A stretch of 25,821 bases of DNA, from the NCBI GenBank assembly GCA_039024555.1, contig JBCCQQ010000076.1, positions 1-25,821 of the forward strand, written 5' to 3'. Origin of the DNA: Cyanobacteria bacterium P01_D01_bin.156 (lineage in GTDB: Bacteria > Cyanobacteriota > Cyanobacteriia > Phormidesmidales > Phormidesmidaceae). Of this stretch, positions 9,185-18,191 are shown in pieces. The notes beneath the pieces were generated by a model, which saw only the letters and a program-made list of their open reading frames with translations, searched no databases and had not been told where the DNA came from. The position numbers and the translations under genes are program-made. Within the stretch, counting starts at the first letter, position 1, and every line of letters begins with the position of its first letter.

Positions 9185-9287
9185 TTAGGAGCTGTTAAGA
9201 AACTACTTCATGGTTTAAGCCTGGAAAGCTTGTTAATCCATAATTTAAATGCACAAAGCCATGATTCTAATTTTTAACAAGCCCTTA
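9185..9287 (+). mobile_element. MITE-like element, copy 1 (97-bp core 9188-9284 with TTA flanks)
   Basis: Matches the reverse complement of 22872-22968 at 91/97 positions. Imperfect terminal inverted repeats GGAGCTGTTAAGAA / GGGCTTGTTAAAAA, with TTA on both sides. Confidence 0.75.
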
Positions 9288-9475
9288 CTCAGTTAGAAGA
9301 CAAGTACAACGTTCTTTATCAGTTATCTAGCTTTGAACAGCCCGGTTGTGACATCGACACATTTTTATTGCTGTTGCTACAAAGCCCAACAGGAAATATC
9401 CTCCAAACCTTTTAGTTAGGAAAGGGCGAGTATGGCAGTTGAATAGGGTATGAAACTACCAGAGTTCACACAGCA

Positions 9476-9510
9476 GTATCCAAGGAGTTATCAGCTCACT
9501 CCTTGGATAC
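9476..9510. terminator. Stem-loop downstream of the COP23-like gene
   Basis: Perfect 13-bp inverted repeat GTATCCAAGGAGT / ACTCCTTGGATAC with a 9-nt loop, 36 nt after the stop. The U-tract on the minus strand is weak. Confidence 0.65.
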
Positions 9511-9546
9511 ATTGTTTTAATTACTCATTCAGAAAAGTGTTCTTTC

Positions 9547-10176
9547 TTAGAGCAATACTTGTCTACCTGGAACTATTGGGTTGTTGTACATGATTGGACT
9601 CCCTAATAGTTGAGCTGCGGTAGCTGCCGACAGTTCAGGGTCAGCTCCATCACCCTCAACATCGAATAAAACGTAGCTTTCGTTATTAGCTAAGGGGCGG
9701 GAAGATAATATAGCAAAGTTTACACTATTGCTACAGTTTTGAGCGCCGACAACAGAAGAAGGTACTAAGCATACTGTCGAAGCATCTGCTCTACCATCGC
9801 CATTAGTATCACGTAGCTGGTATGTAACACCAAGAGTATTGACCAAGTTTGGATTAGCCGTTAACTGATTGAGAGTATTCATGGCCTGTAAACAGCGGCC
9901 TGCTCCAGTCCTAATAATTCCACTTCCAGTGGTGGTGGAATTTGTAAATACACCAATGGTCATCTGGACAGGATAGCCAGACAACACATTCATAGGACTA
10001 GCGATCAAAGCGTTGGGAGCAGCTCCTCGTTGCGCATTGGCACCCGGAACATTGCAGCCAAAGACCTTGTTGGGAAATGCCGCTTGACTAGGTTGCCCCA
10101 TGGCTGCAACAAGACCAGTAGCGCCAACAGCTAGGGCAGCGATAGGAGAAATTGTCTTCAAGAGATTACGTTTCAT
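9547..10176 (-). CDS. Secreted protein, divergent COP23-like domain
   Basis: Strong RBS AAGGAG and a signal peptide ending PSQA. The spacing FxC...RC...VC...C...LF...DP follows the COP23-domain pattern as I recall it. Contains a DTNGDGRAD loop. Confidence 0.6.
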   Translation of the reverse strand: MKRNLLKTISPIAALAVGATGLVAAMGQPSQAAFPNKVFGCNVPGANAQRGAAPNALIASPMNVLSGYPVQMTIGVFTNSTTTGSGIIRTGAGRCLQAMNTLNQLTANPNLVNTLGVTYQLRDTNGDGRADASTVCLVPSSVVGAQNCSNSVNFAILSSRPLANNESYVLFDVEGDGADPELSAATAAQLLGSPIMYNNPIVPGRQVLL

Positions 10177-10512
10177 AGAGTCTCCTTTGTGTTAAGGTAG
10201 ATATAGAATAAGAAAACAACGCAACAACCCAGGCAAGACCGTTAGCCACTCGTAAAGTACTGGAGAACTTCACGAGCCTTAACAGCTTGTTGGTTTTGAG
10301 GTAACTCTGTTTCCTGATATCTTTATACAACCCTTACCGGATGTGTTTCCGGACAAACACGTAGTATATTTTGTTCAATTCTAAAATATTTGCATTCAGT
10401 CGGAACATTTGGACCTAGCTATCACTCTTAGCAGCTCCTTTGTTATCCAAGCGAGCATTGCACTCATTCCAATCTAAATCTGTAAATTCAAACGTGGGGA
10501 TCGTTTGACTAT

Positions 10513-12312
10513 TTACGGTTGACTGCGATCGCTTTCTATTTGAGGGGCCACTGCTTTGAATGGAAATAGCTGTTGTAAAGCCTGCTGACGCTGTTCAGTT
10601 GTTTCAGTCTCTGACCACCACAGGGATTCATAAAAGAAAAATGAAACACCGGCATAATTGCGATCGCGAACAGCCATAACCTGATCTTGAATCCAGTCCA
10701 TAGCAACCGAGCGATTTCGTAAACCACTCAGTACTCCAATGGCCGTAGGAATATGGCGGCGAGCAGCTTGGGCAGGAGCACGCCCCATTTCCCATACAAA
10801 TCGACCCAAATCGCTGCGATACAGCTGAATAATCAGCTCTTCCACATAGCCCCGCTGAACCCAGGTATCCCAATCTTGCAAAAAATACTTGTAAGCAAAC
10901 TCCTGAGGATTGGGAGAAACCGACACAACCGCATCGGGACGACGAGCTTTTACCACATCGAAAACCTGTCCCATAAAGTCACTGATTTTGTCCGCTCTCC
11001 AGCGGGTCCACTCAGGATCGTGAATATCTGCTGGTGGAGTCTGGCCGTTATGCTCTTTGCTATACAGACTGACCGTATGAGGGTCATAGCCGTAGACCGC
11101 AGGCAACCCCAAATGATCGTCTACCTGAAAGCCATCAATGGAATAGTTAGCCACTAGCTCACTCACCATGTCGAGCATAAATTGCTGTACCTCAGGATGG
11201 AAGGGATTGAGCCATACTCGATCGTGGATTCCTTCAGCATTGACGGTACTACCATCCAACTTCTGGGTAAGCCAGTCAGGGTGCGCCTTGGCCAAGGCTG
11301 AATCCGCCGGTGCCATAAAGCCAAATTCAAACCAGGGTATCACCCGTAACCCCAAGGGTCGGGCCAAGTTAATCAGCTCCAGCAGCATATCGCGATCGCC
11401 CTGAGCGGCCTCAAGGGAATCCTGACGCTGACCTGTATTCTCTACGTCGGGGTAAAGCCCCTGCTTATAGCCAAAGGTACGTCGAGCTACATCACTGGGA
11501 TAAAGTGTGTGCCCCCAGTTCCACACGGTGGGATATACCGTATTAAAATTTGCCTCGGCTAGCTGTTCAAGACCGGCCTTCAAACGTTCGCGGGAAAACA
11601 GTACCTGACTGTCCACATTAGTCAGCCACACCCCACGAATCTCTTGCTGAGGCAGCGTTGTTGCGGCAGGAACAGGGTGGGGCTGCATCCGCTGAGAAAC
11701 CAGGGCTGACACCGCCGGATCGGGACTGACAGCACACAGCAAATTAGCAGCCATGGCATAGGATGCACTGCGATTCGGGTAGAGCTGTAGTCGGTTGCTA
11801 TCTGTGGTCGAATCTGCAGCTATAGGAATAATTTCTTGACCTAAGGCGGCAGCCACACCTTCACGATCCGCTGCGGGAATTAGGGAGGCGTCACGAAACG
11901 TCTCATCTAATAGACGATTGCTGTAAACCTGGTAAGGAAGAGCCGCACCGGTAGTTAGGACTGTTAAGGCTTGCGATCGCAAAATAGCTTGAGTTTTCTC
12001 AGCACTCCTTTCTAAGGCAGCTGATAGTAACTGCTCCACTTCCGTCTCACCATCAAACGTCAGACCCAGCGCCTCATTATTAGTTGCAAACGTACCTGGA
12101 AAAGTTCGCAAAACGGCTTTTGCAAAATCACCTTGGGATATGGGTTTCGCCCCATATTGCACATGGTCTACATCTAAAATCTGATGATCGCTTAGGGTTG
12201 CCACACAGGGAGTGCTGCGCCAATCGGCGGCAGGTCCCGGATTGGACCAAGTAATACACAAGCTAGCGACTAGGGCAAACAGCCCATATTGTCGCAGTCT
12301 TCTGAGCCCCAT
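10513..12312 (-). CDS. GH10-like (DUF187/GHL10) glycoside hydrolase with degenerate N-terminal SLH-like region
   Basis: Motifs EIRGVWLTN, NFNTVYPTVWNWGHTLYPS, PWFEFGF, WLNPFHPEVQQF, DGFQVDDH and QDWDTW. Signal peptide and SLH-like FRDASLIP..GVAAA segment. Confidence 0.88.
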   Translation of the reverse strand: MGLRRLRQYGLFALVASLCITWSNPGPAADWRSTPCVATLSDHQILDVDHVQYGAKPISQGDFAKAVLRTFPGTFATNNEALGLTFDGETEVEQLLSAALERSAEKTQAILRSQALTVLTTGAALPYQVYSNRLLDETFRDASLIPAADREGVAAALGQEIIPIAADSTTDSNRLQLYPNRSASYAMAANLLCAVSPDPAVSALVSQRMQPHPVPAATTLPQQEIRGVWLTNVDSQVLFSRERLKAGLEQLAEANFNTVYPTVWNWGHTLYPSDVARRTFGYKQGLYPDVENTGQRQDSLEAAQGDRDMLLELINLARPLGLRVIPWFEFGFMAPADSALAKAHPDWLTQKLDGSTVNAEGIHDRVWLNPFHPEVQQFMLDMVSELVANYSIDGFQVDDHLGLPAVYGYDPHTVSLYSKEHNGQTPPADIHDPEWTRWRADKISDFMGQVFDVVKARRPDAVVSVSPNPQEFAYKYFLQDWDTWVQRGYVEELIIQLYRSDLGRFVWEMGRAPAQAARRHIPTAIGVLSGLRNRSVAMDWIQDQVMAVRDRNYAGVSFFFYESLWWSETETTEQRQQALQQLFPFKAVAPQIESDRSQP

Positions 12313-12338
12313 AGAAAATTTCCATCCAAGAAACTGCT

Positions 12339-12689
12339 TCAGCCGCCACTACGCTTAGCTCGATAGCCCTTAGCAATGAGTAACTCTACCAACTTTGGGG
12401 CATGCTCCCCTTGAATCTCAATTGTGTCGTCTTTGACTGTGCCACCAGAACCACACTGGGCTTTAAGCGCCTTTGCCAGTTTAGTTAGGGTTTCTGGAGA
12501 ATGCTGAAATCCACTAATAATGGTGACCTTTTTTCCCTTACGACCTTTACCACTCACCTGCACTCGCAGATCTTGTTCCGATGGTGACCGATCGGGTACC
12601 GCTCTGGTCGTGGCTGGATTCTGACCAAATTCGGAATACACCACGCGATTGGTAGCTGGGTTTGCTTTGTTACCCTTTTTTTTTGTCAT
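12339..12689 (-). CDS. yciH: Translation initiation factor SUI1/eIF1-like (YciH)
   Basis: KGRKGKKVTIISG, LAKALKAQCGSGGTVKD and IEIQGEH. ATG at 12689 (MTKKKG) is preferred over the overlapping TTG at 12716. Confidence 0.9.
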   Translation of the reverse strand: MTKKKGNKANPATNRVVYSEFGQNPATTRAVPDRSPSEQDLRVQVSGKGRKGKKVTIISGFQHSPETLTKLAKALKAQCGSGGTVKDDTIEIQGEHAPKLVELLIAKGYRAKRSGG

Positions 12690-12708
12690 GAGTAGTTCTT
12701 CGCCAAGG

Positions 12709-13725
12709 TTAGTCAAAAAAAGATTCCCACGCGTTGCGTAGCTGCTGGGGCGTTACCTGACGGCTACCGTCCACGGTAGGAATTTCTAACGGCGTTACCA
12801 CAGAGTCAGCAGCCGGGGGAAGCACCTGGGAACGATCTGGAAGGGAGACTGCAGGGGCCGATGGGGTAAACGATGGCACCGTTGGAGAGAAAGGTGCTAA
12901 GCCTGACTGAGGGATAGCTGGTTCTGTAATAGGCAACGAGGCCGGGGGCACATAGCCCGTTGTACCAGGAGGAGGAGACATACTTGGGGTAGTACGGATA
13001 AAGGTACGATTTAGCCCATCAACACTGCCTGGAACGATGTCCGATTGCTCAAAGGAGAAGGCTGGCTCACTGGTGACGTCACTTCCCTCAACGCCAGAAG
13101 CATTTCGGTTAGATGAGCCGGGGTTCAATGGACTCTCTGGCCGTTGATTAAAAAATGCTTGAGACAATGGATTGACCGTCTGACCTTCAATCCTATAGGG
13201 GGCGAACCTCAAAACAGAGTTTTGCTCCTGTTGGCCACTTTCGTCAGTTTGAGAATCTTGAGACGTTGGCGCAATCGTTACTCCCCTAGCCCGAGTGCCA
13301 ACAAAACTATACTCATTAACATACTGGTTAAGACGCGCAGCCGATATGGCTGCAGTATTTTCAGGGGCGTCTGGCGCATCTGCTAACGCTGCATTCAACG
13401 AAGCCGCCGCACTGGATTCTCCCCCCGAAGTTAGGGCAGAGACCTCTGCATCCAATTCATTAAGCAAAAGTTCAATATTATCCAACTCGACTGCAACAGC
13501 CCTTTCTTCTGGTGTCAAAGATTCCAGCAAAACATCTGTAGAGCTACCAGTATCACTATCTTGCTCTGTGGTGCTAAGTCGCCATGGGACTTGTCCAGGA
13601 TTTTGTCGATACTCCCATGCATAAATGCCAACGACACCGGTGAGTAAGACCCCTAACCACAACCAAGGGTTGAATAGAACCTGTAGACGAGACGGTAGAT
13701 ATCGTATGGATGGAGGTAACCGCAT
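12709..13725 (-). CDS. Hypothetical single-pass membrane protein, Pro/Ser-rich
   Basis: N-terminal TM (PWLWLGVLLTGVVGIYAWEY), a short helix LTPEERAVAVELDNIELL and a disordered tail. The stop lies 19 nt upstream of yciH, so the genes are probably co-transcribed. Confidence 0.8.
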   Translation of the reverse strand: MRLPPSIRYLPSRLQVLFNPWLWLGVLLTGVVGIYAWEYRQNPGQVPWRLSTTEQDSDTGSSTDVLLESLTPEERAVAVELDNIELLLNELDAEVSALTSGGESSAAASLNAALADAPDAPENTAAISAARLNQYVNEYSFVGTRARGVTIAPTSQDSQTDESGQQEQNSVLRFAPYRIEGQTVNPLSQAFFNQRPESPLNPGSSNRNASGVEGSDVTSEPAFSFEQSDIVPGSVDGLNRTFIRTTPSMSPPPGTTGYVPPASLPITEPAIPQSGLAPFSPTVPSFTPSAPAVSLPDRSQVLPPAADSVVTPLEIPTVDGSRQVTPQQLRNAWESFFD

Positions 13726-14425
13726 AAATCAAACGTCCAAACGGAAGCAGCGTCTTGGAAGAAACATTTGTGCAAATTTATCAGTAGAGCAAACGTATCA
13801 CCAATTGTTTACTGTGATCACTCCCTATGCTGGCACGTATTTGAAAAAATTGCCTACAGTCGGTCAAAAAACCGCCTACCAATCTAGAAAATGCCGTTGC
13901 TGATGAGGGGATGACACGATCTGCAGAACTGACCAGTTGGCTGGATATGACAGATACAACCATCCCGAGGATCAGCAACGCCCAGAAAACTACAGGGGAT
14001 GGTAGAGCAAACGGTACAGTTAAGCCGTCGCCGCTGAACAGCATACTGAGGCTGAAATACTTAATTAGTTCCACATCAAAAGCATTCAAGCGGAGTAATT
14101 CCTACACATCTAAAATTTTTATAAATTGCTTTGACTTGCCAATGCTTTTGGTTGAGCTGCCTTACCATGGTTAGCGTTCATAGATCACAGCTTAGTGCCT
14201 GTGGCTTGCGGTATTAATAATTCTGGCGTTGCTAATGCTCGGTATGAATTTATCCCCAAGCTCCTGTTTCATCCAGGTCTAACTAATCAGTTCACATATC
14301 AAATCAGCAACAGCAACAATTCCTGTCAGTTTTAGAAAAGCAATGTTCGATACCCATGCGAAGTAGCTTGCAGAACAAGGACAGCATCTACCTGTTTAAT
14401 TTCGCGGTTTTGGTAATTCTCCGCA

Positions 14426-15067
14426 ATGTCTACGTTTAGATTCCCCCAACTCCCCCCAACCGGTGATGGCGAAGGTAAGAGTCTTCGTTATGAGGTGAAC
14501 CCGGCAATCGCTCTCAATGCGCTGACCAAAATCTATAAACAGGTTCAGCAGTACCAGTCCCAACTGCGACAGCTGGTTAACTCCATTGAACAAATTTACG
14601 CAGAGGGTCCTGTGGTGTCTGGTTGGTTGGCATCGGAAGCCAGTCTTAATGCGGCTGTAAAGTATTCTGATAGTGCTAAGAGTGCGTCACAGCCCTCAGC
14701 CAATCTCCCATCTGCAGCCCCGATGGATGCGGCAATTTTTCGCCACGGCGATGCAGATGATTTGATGAACTATCTGTCTGCTTTGGAAGATTCAATGTTG
14801 CAGGCTCCGGAGCCCTTAATTTCTGATGAGGCGACGGCCACCACCAACCAGATTAATAGTCAGTACTATTTATGCCAGTTGACTAGCAGTGGTCAGATTC
14901 AAACCGAACAATGTCCCCCGGAGCAAGTGCCAGTGCTAAGTATGGCACTGGCCCGCTATCGACGACTCAATCAGCTGACTAAGCAAAAGCAGACAATTGA
15001 AACAAAGCTCCAAAGACTGCTTGAGATCCTTGAAGATGCTCAACAGGTTTTGACAGAAGACGATTGA
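14426..15067 (+). CDS. Conserved-looking cyanobacterial hypothetical protein (coiled coils)
   Basis: 213-aa ORF with motif-like segments NPAIAL, IYAEGPVVSGWL, YYLC..CPPEQVP..SMALARY, and coiled coils at both ends. Confidence 0.75.
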   Translation: MSTFRFPQLPPTGDGEGKSLRYEVNPAIALNALTKIYKQVQQYQSQLRQLVNSIEQIYAEGPVVSGWLASEASLNAAVKYSDSAKSASQPSANLPSAAPMDAAIFRHGDADDLMNYLSALEDSMLQAPEPLISDEATATTNQINSQYYLCQLTSSGQIQTEQCPPEQVPVLSMALARYRRLNQLTKQKQTIETKLQRLLEILEDAQQVLTEDD

Positions 15068-15132
15068 TCCGGACATGCAATCAATTACACAGCACCGTTT
15101 TCCAGGTTATTCAGAAACAATCAAAATTTTTC

Positions 15133-15627
15133 TTACCATCCCCAAGTGCCCACCTCTCCTTTAAAGGGACCAACAATATCCGATGTAATCCAACCCCCGT
15201 AAAAATCTCCTACTTGGGCCTGGACTTTCTCCTCATTGACATAACAAGCATCCATAGAACTGGGGTAAAACGCCACATAGTTAGCAACGCTTTGAAAGCG
15301 TTCGGTGGGCGTAGGGTAGAACCAAGCCACTCGCTCCGCAACCCGCTCTCCAACGGTCAGGGTGTAATAGTGAGCCCGTCCCTTCCACTCACAAAAAGAC
15401 GTCCCTGCCGCCTTACTCAGATAGGTCATGGCAATATCAGCTGGTGGGATGTAATAAACCGGTGGGTGGCTAGTTTCCAGTACCCGCTTGGTTTGACGGC
15501 TATCAGCAATCACCTGATCGTTAAAGATAATTTGGATCCGTTTGGAACTATCTTCCAGGGCCGGAGGCCGAGGATAATCCCAAACAGATTCTTGCCCAGG
15601 GCCGGGGGGGACGGGTTGGGGTCTCAT
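15133..15627 (-). CDS. DUF427 domain protein
   Basis: QESVWDYPRPP, RVLETSHPPVYYIP, SFCEWKGRAHYY, AWFYPTP, GDFYGGWIT and GPFKG. Confidence 0.92.
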   Translation of the reverse strand: MRPQPVPPGPGQESVWDYPRPPALEDSSKRIQIIFNDQVIADSRQTKRVLETSHPPVYYIPPADIAMTYLSKAAGTSFCEWKGRAHYYTLTVGERVAERVAWFYPTPTERFQSVANYVAFYPSSMDACYVNEEKVQAQVGDFYGGWITSDIVGPFKGEVGTWGW

Positions 15628-15643
15628 AATAGTTAGTCTCCAG

Positions 15644-17824
15644 CTACTGGTCTTGCCAACGTTTGATTTCTGCCTGGGCTTGGTCGTAGTTAGGGGTATT
15701 GGCCGGAATCAGAGCTGCCGCTTCTATGGCACTGCTGTATCGTCCTTGGGCAGCACGGGCCTGGGCAATCATCAGCATTTTTTCAGTCCATTCATCAATC
15801 AGTCGTTGGGCATCAGCATACTCAATGGGCTGATTACTGGGTACCTCCTGTAATTTGAGGATGCCTCTTTGATAGGTGCTGGCCTGGCCCATGCGTGGAA
15901 TTGTTTGGGCCTCACGGATAAACTCTCGGGTCGCCGCACGATCTTGCCAAAATTCGATGCGTTCTTGTGCCTGTTGATAAATGTCGGCAGGTTCTCTAGG
16001 AACCAATGTGGCTGCGTCAATGGCAGCCTGTAGCTGTGTTTCAGCAGCTCGGCCTTCAGCTAAATCTAGAATTACCTGACTCCAGCGACGGATATCGGCC
16101 TGGGCGACTTCATAGTTGGGATCATCCGAGGGAATCTGACGTGCAGTTGCGATCGCGCTTGCAAATTGAGAAGCCTGACTTGGGTTTAGTGACCGACGGG
16201 CTTCTGCCAGCACTGCTGCCGTATCCACATTATTTGAGCCAGGTATACTATTACCTACTGCAGAAACCGCAGCGGTATCGCCGTTGCCAGCCTCTACGGC
16301 TGCACCATCCACACTAGACTCACCCTGACCTGCATCAGGATTATCAGGAGTGACCCCGGCTTCTGGCTCGGAGGATGGCTCTTCATCATCCACCGTTTCC
16401 TCTGTCTCCTCTTCCCCATCAGGGGCTTCTGCCGCTATCTGTTCAGGATTAGGCGCTTCCTCATCAGTTGGTGACTCTTCACTCGAGGAGGACTCACCGT
16501 CTGGATTATCTGGGAGAGCATTCCCGTCTGCTTCCTCATCCGGAGATAACCCTACATTGGCCAACCATTCCGGCGGCACTTGCTCCAGCGTATTCTGGAC
16601 CGCTGGCTGGTTGCGTAACACATATACAGCCAGCAGTAAAAAAGCAAATAGCCCTAACAATAAGCCCAGACAGCTGAGCGGTTTACTCTTACGGGCAATC
16701 GGCTCGTCTGGCACATCATCCACTAGGGTGGTGCCATAATCATCGGCATCGCCATCGGTAGCATTGTCAGGATTGTCAATTTCCCTGTTGTCTATATCTA
16801 GGCCGTAGGGATAACGAGATTCCTCGTCTGCCGAATAGTCATCCTCCTCTGAAAGAAAATCGAAACTCGGTTCTGTAACCAAATCAGAGCCGGGTTCTGA
16901 AAGCAGATCAGAGCCCGGGGTGTCCATAAAATCATCCGCCCCATCAGGATTATCCGGAATTAAGTCATCGGCACCATAGTCTGTCGTGTCTTCGGTGTTT
17001 ATAAGCGGTTCACTATCAGTTAAATCTCCAAATGGGACCGAAGGTGGTATCGGAGTTTCTGTACCAATACCTACATCAGATGGGGTCCGCTGATGCCATA
17101 GCAGCTGAAACTTTTGTTCTTCCGGCAAAACGATTACTGGATCTTGAATCGGGCGCCAATGGTGTTCACTTAATTCAGGTACCCGTTCCACTAAATATCG
17201 CTCTAGATGGCTCAAGGTGGCACAACCGTCGTAGCGTAACCCCTCCAATAGAGCTGCCGTAAAAATACCGTGACGGAGCCCCAACGTTTCATGGGAGAAC
17301 TGATCGGGCTGGCAGGACAGCATTAATGGAATATTCGCTTTCTGCGCCAATTTAGTTATCTGGCTACCAATGGCCTGCCCCGGCAGAGCACTCATGCTGC
17401 GGTTAATATCTAACACCAACATCACCTCGCTGGCGGGTGCTTGTTGCAGATGCTTAAGCACATCCTGCAGAGCGATGCCCGTTGCCATAACCTGGGCCGG
17501 ATCTCCATCCACTGGCATTAAGTAATCCCGATTATCGGCCTGGGCACCGTAACCACTAAAGAAAAACCATAGGATGTCATCCTGCTGCACTCGCTCCTGG
17601 CAAATCCTCTTTAACCAGTCATTGAGAGCAGTACGATCTGGGTAAACCGCCTCCTGCTCAATCGATGTGGACAAATCGCTCAGCAAAATACAGTTTTCCG
17701 CAGCAAAGCCCGCATCCTCAATCAAGTATTTGCGGATAGCTACGGCATCATTTTGAGCCTGCGTCAGGGGCTGAAAACCCTGATACTGATTGATTCCGAT
17801 AATAATTGCCCAGCTATTCGACAT
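15644..17824 (-). CDS. Membrane-anchored caspase-family (peptidase C14) protein; catalytically substituted pseudo-orthocaspase
   Basis: WAIIIGINQY and AQNDA. The His site reads FSGYG and the Cys site LDINR; also SCQPDQFSHE and GIFTAALLEGL. Followed by an acidic linker, a TM segment (LGLLLGLFAFLLLAVYV) and duplicated helical C-terminal modules. Confidence 0.88.
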   Translation of the reverse strand: MSNSWAIIIGINQYQGFQPLTQAQNDAVAIRKYLIEDAGFAAENCILLSDLSTSIEQEAVYPDRTALNDWLKRICQERVQQDDILWFFFSGYGAQADNRDYLMPVDGDPAQVMATGIALQDVLKHLQQAPASEVMLVLDINRSMSALPGQAIGSQITKLAQKANIPLMLSCQPDQFSHETLGLRHGIFTAALLEGLRYDGCATLSHLERYLVERVPELSEHHWRPIQDPVIVLPEEQKFQLLWHQRTPSDVGIGTETPIPPSVPFGDLTDSEPLINTEDTTDYGADDLIPDNPDGADDFMDTPGSDLLSEPGSDLVTEPSFDFLSEEDDYSADEESRYPYGLDIDNREIDNPDNATDGDADDYGTTLVDDVPDEPIARKSKPLSCLGLLLGLFAFLLLAVYVLRNQPAVQNTLEQVPPEWLANVGLSPDEEADGNALPDNPDGESSSSEESPTDEEAPNPEQIAAEAPDGEEETEETVDDEEPSSEPEAGVTPDNPDAGQGESSVDGAAVEAGNGDTAAVSAVGNSIPGSNNVDTAAVLAEARRSLNPSQASQFASAIATARQIPSDDPNYEVAQADIRRWSQVILDLAEGRAAETQLQAAIDAATLVPREPADIYQQAQERIEFWQDRAATREFIREAQTIPRMGQASTYQRGILKLQEVPSNQPIEYADAQRLIDEWTEKMLMIAQARAAQGRYSSAIEAAALIPANTPNYDQAQAEIKRWQDQ

Positions 17825-18191
17825 CAGAAGTCACCAAGTAAATATTGGACGTTGAAGGGAACAAACCTATTCAGCGCCATATGGTACTGCAAGTTGAAGC
17901 GTTTGCAGACATATCTGCCGTCAACTTAGTAGAACAATATCTAAACATCAGGCTGAATGGTGAATCAGCCAATAAAAATTGTGGCCTGATCGACTTCACC
18001 GCAATTGATCATTCAGACTACAAAATTGGGAAAGGTTGAATGGCGTACTTACTTGAAACAGAATTGATTTTAGGAAGTTTCTAAATCTTTAAACTCTAAC
18101 TTTTCCCGAAACCTTATTCTTGGATAGAAACGCTGTACATGTATTACAGTTCTATCCATACGGCATTCGTCTTTAGTATCTGTTGAGTTAC

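Noticed and set aside
10488..10508. 7-bp hairpin TCAAACG/CGTTTGA right after the GH10-like stop
   Set aside because: Too weak, with a poor U-tract, to call as a terminator.
13781..14089. 102-aa hydrophobic ORF (and overlapping plus-strand ORFs)
   Set aside because: Non-ATG start, no recognisable family (not Pmp3/YqaE-like) and several competing frames. A small membrane protein cannot be excluded, but it is unsupported.
14196..14282. Hydrophobic reading CLWLAVLIILALLMLGM on the plus strand
   Set aside because: Immediately preceded by an in-frame TAG, with no convincing start or RBS.
15064..15636. 190-aa plus-strand ORF and other short antisense ORFs (e.g. 18824-19006, 23776-25557)
   Set aside because: Shadows of well-supported genes on the opposite strand (DUF427, rpmF, TPS protein).
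18133..18149. CTGTACATGTATTACAG as an NtcA box
   Set aside because: The spacing is GTA-N7-TAC, not the canonical N8.
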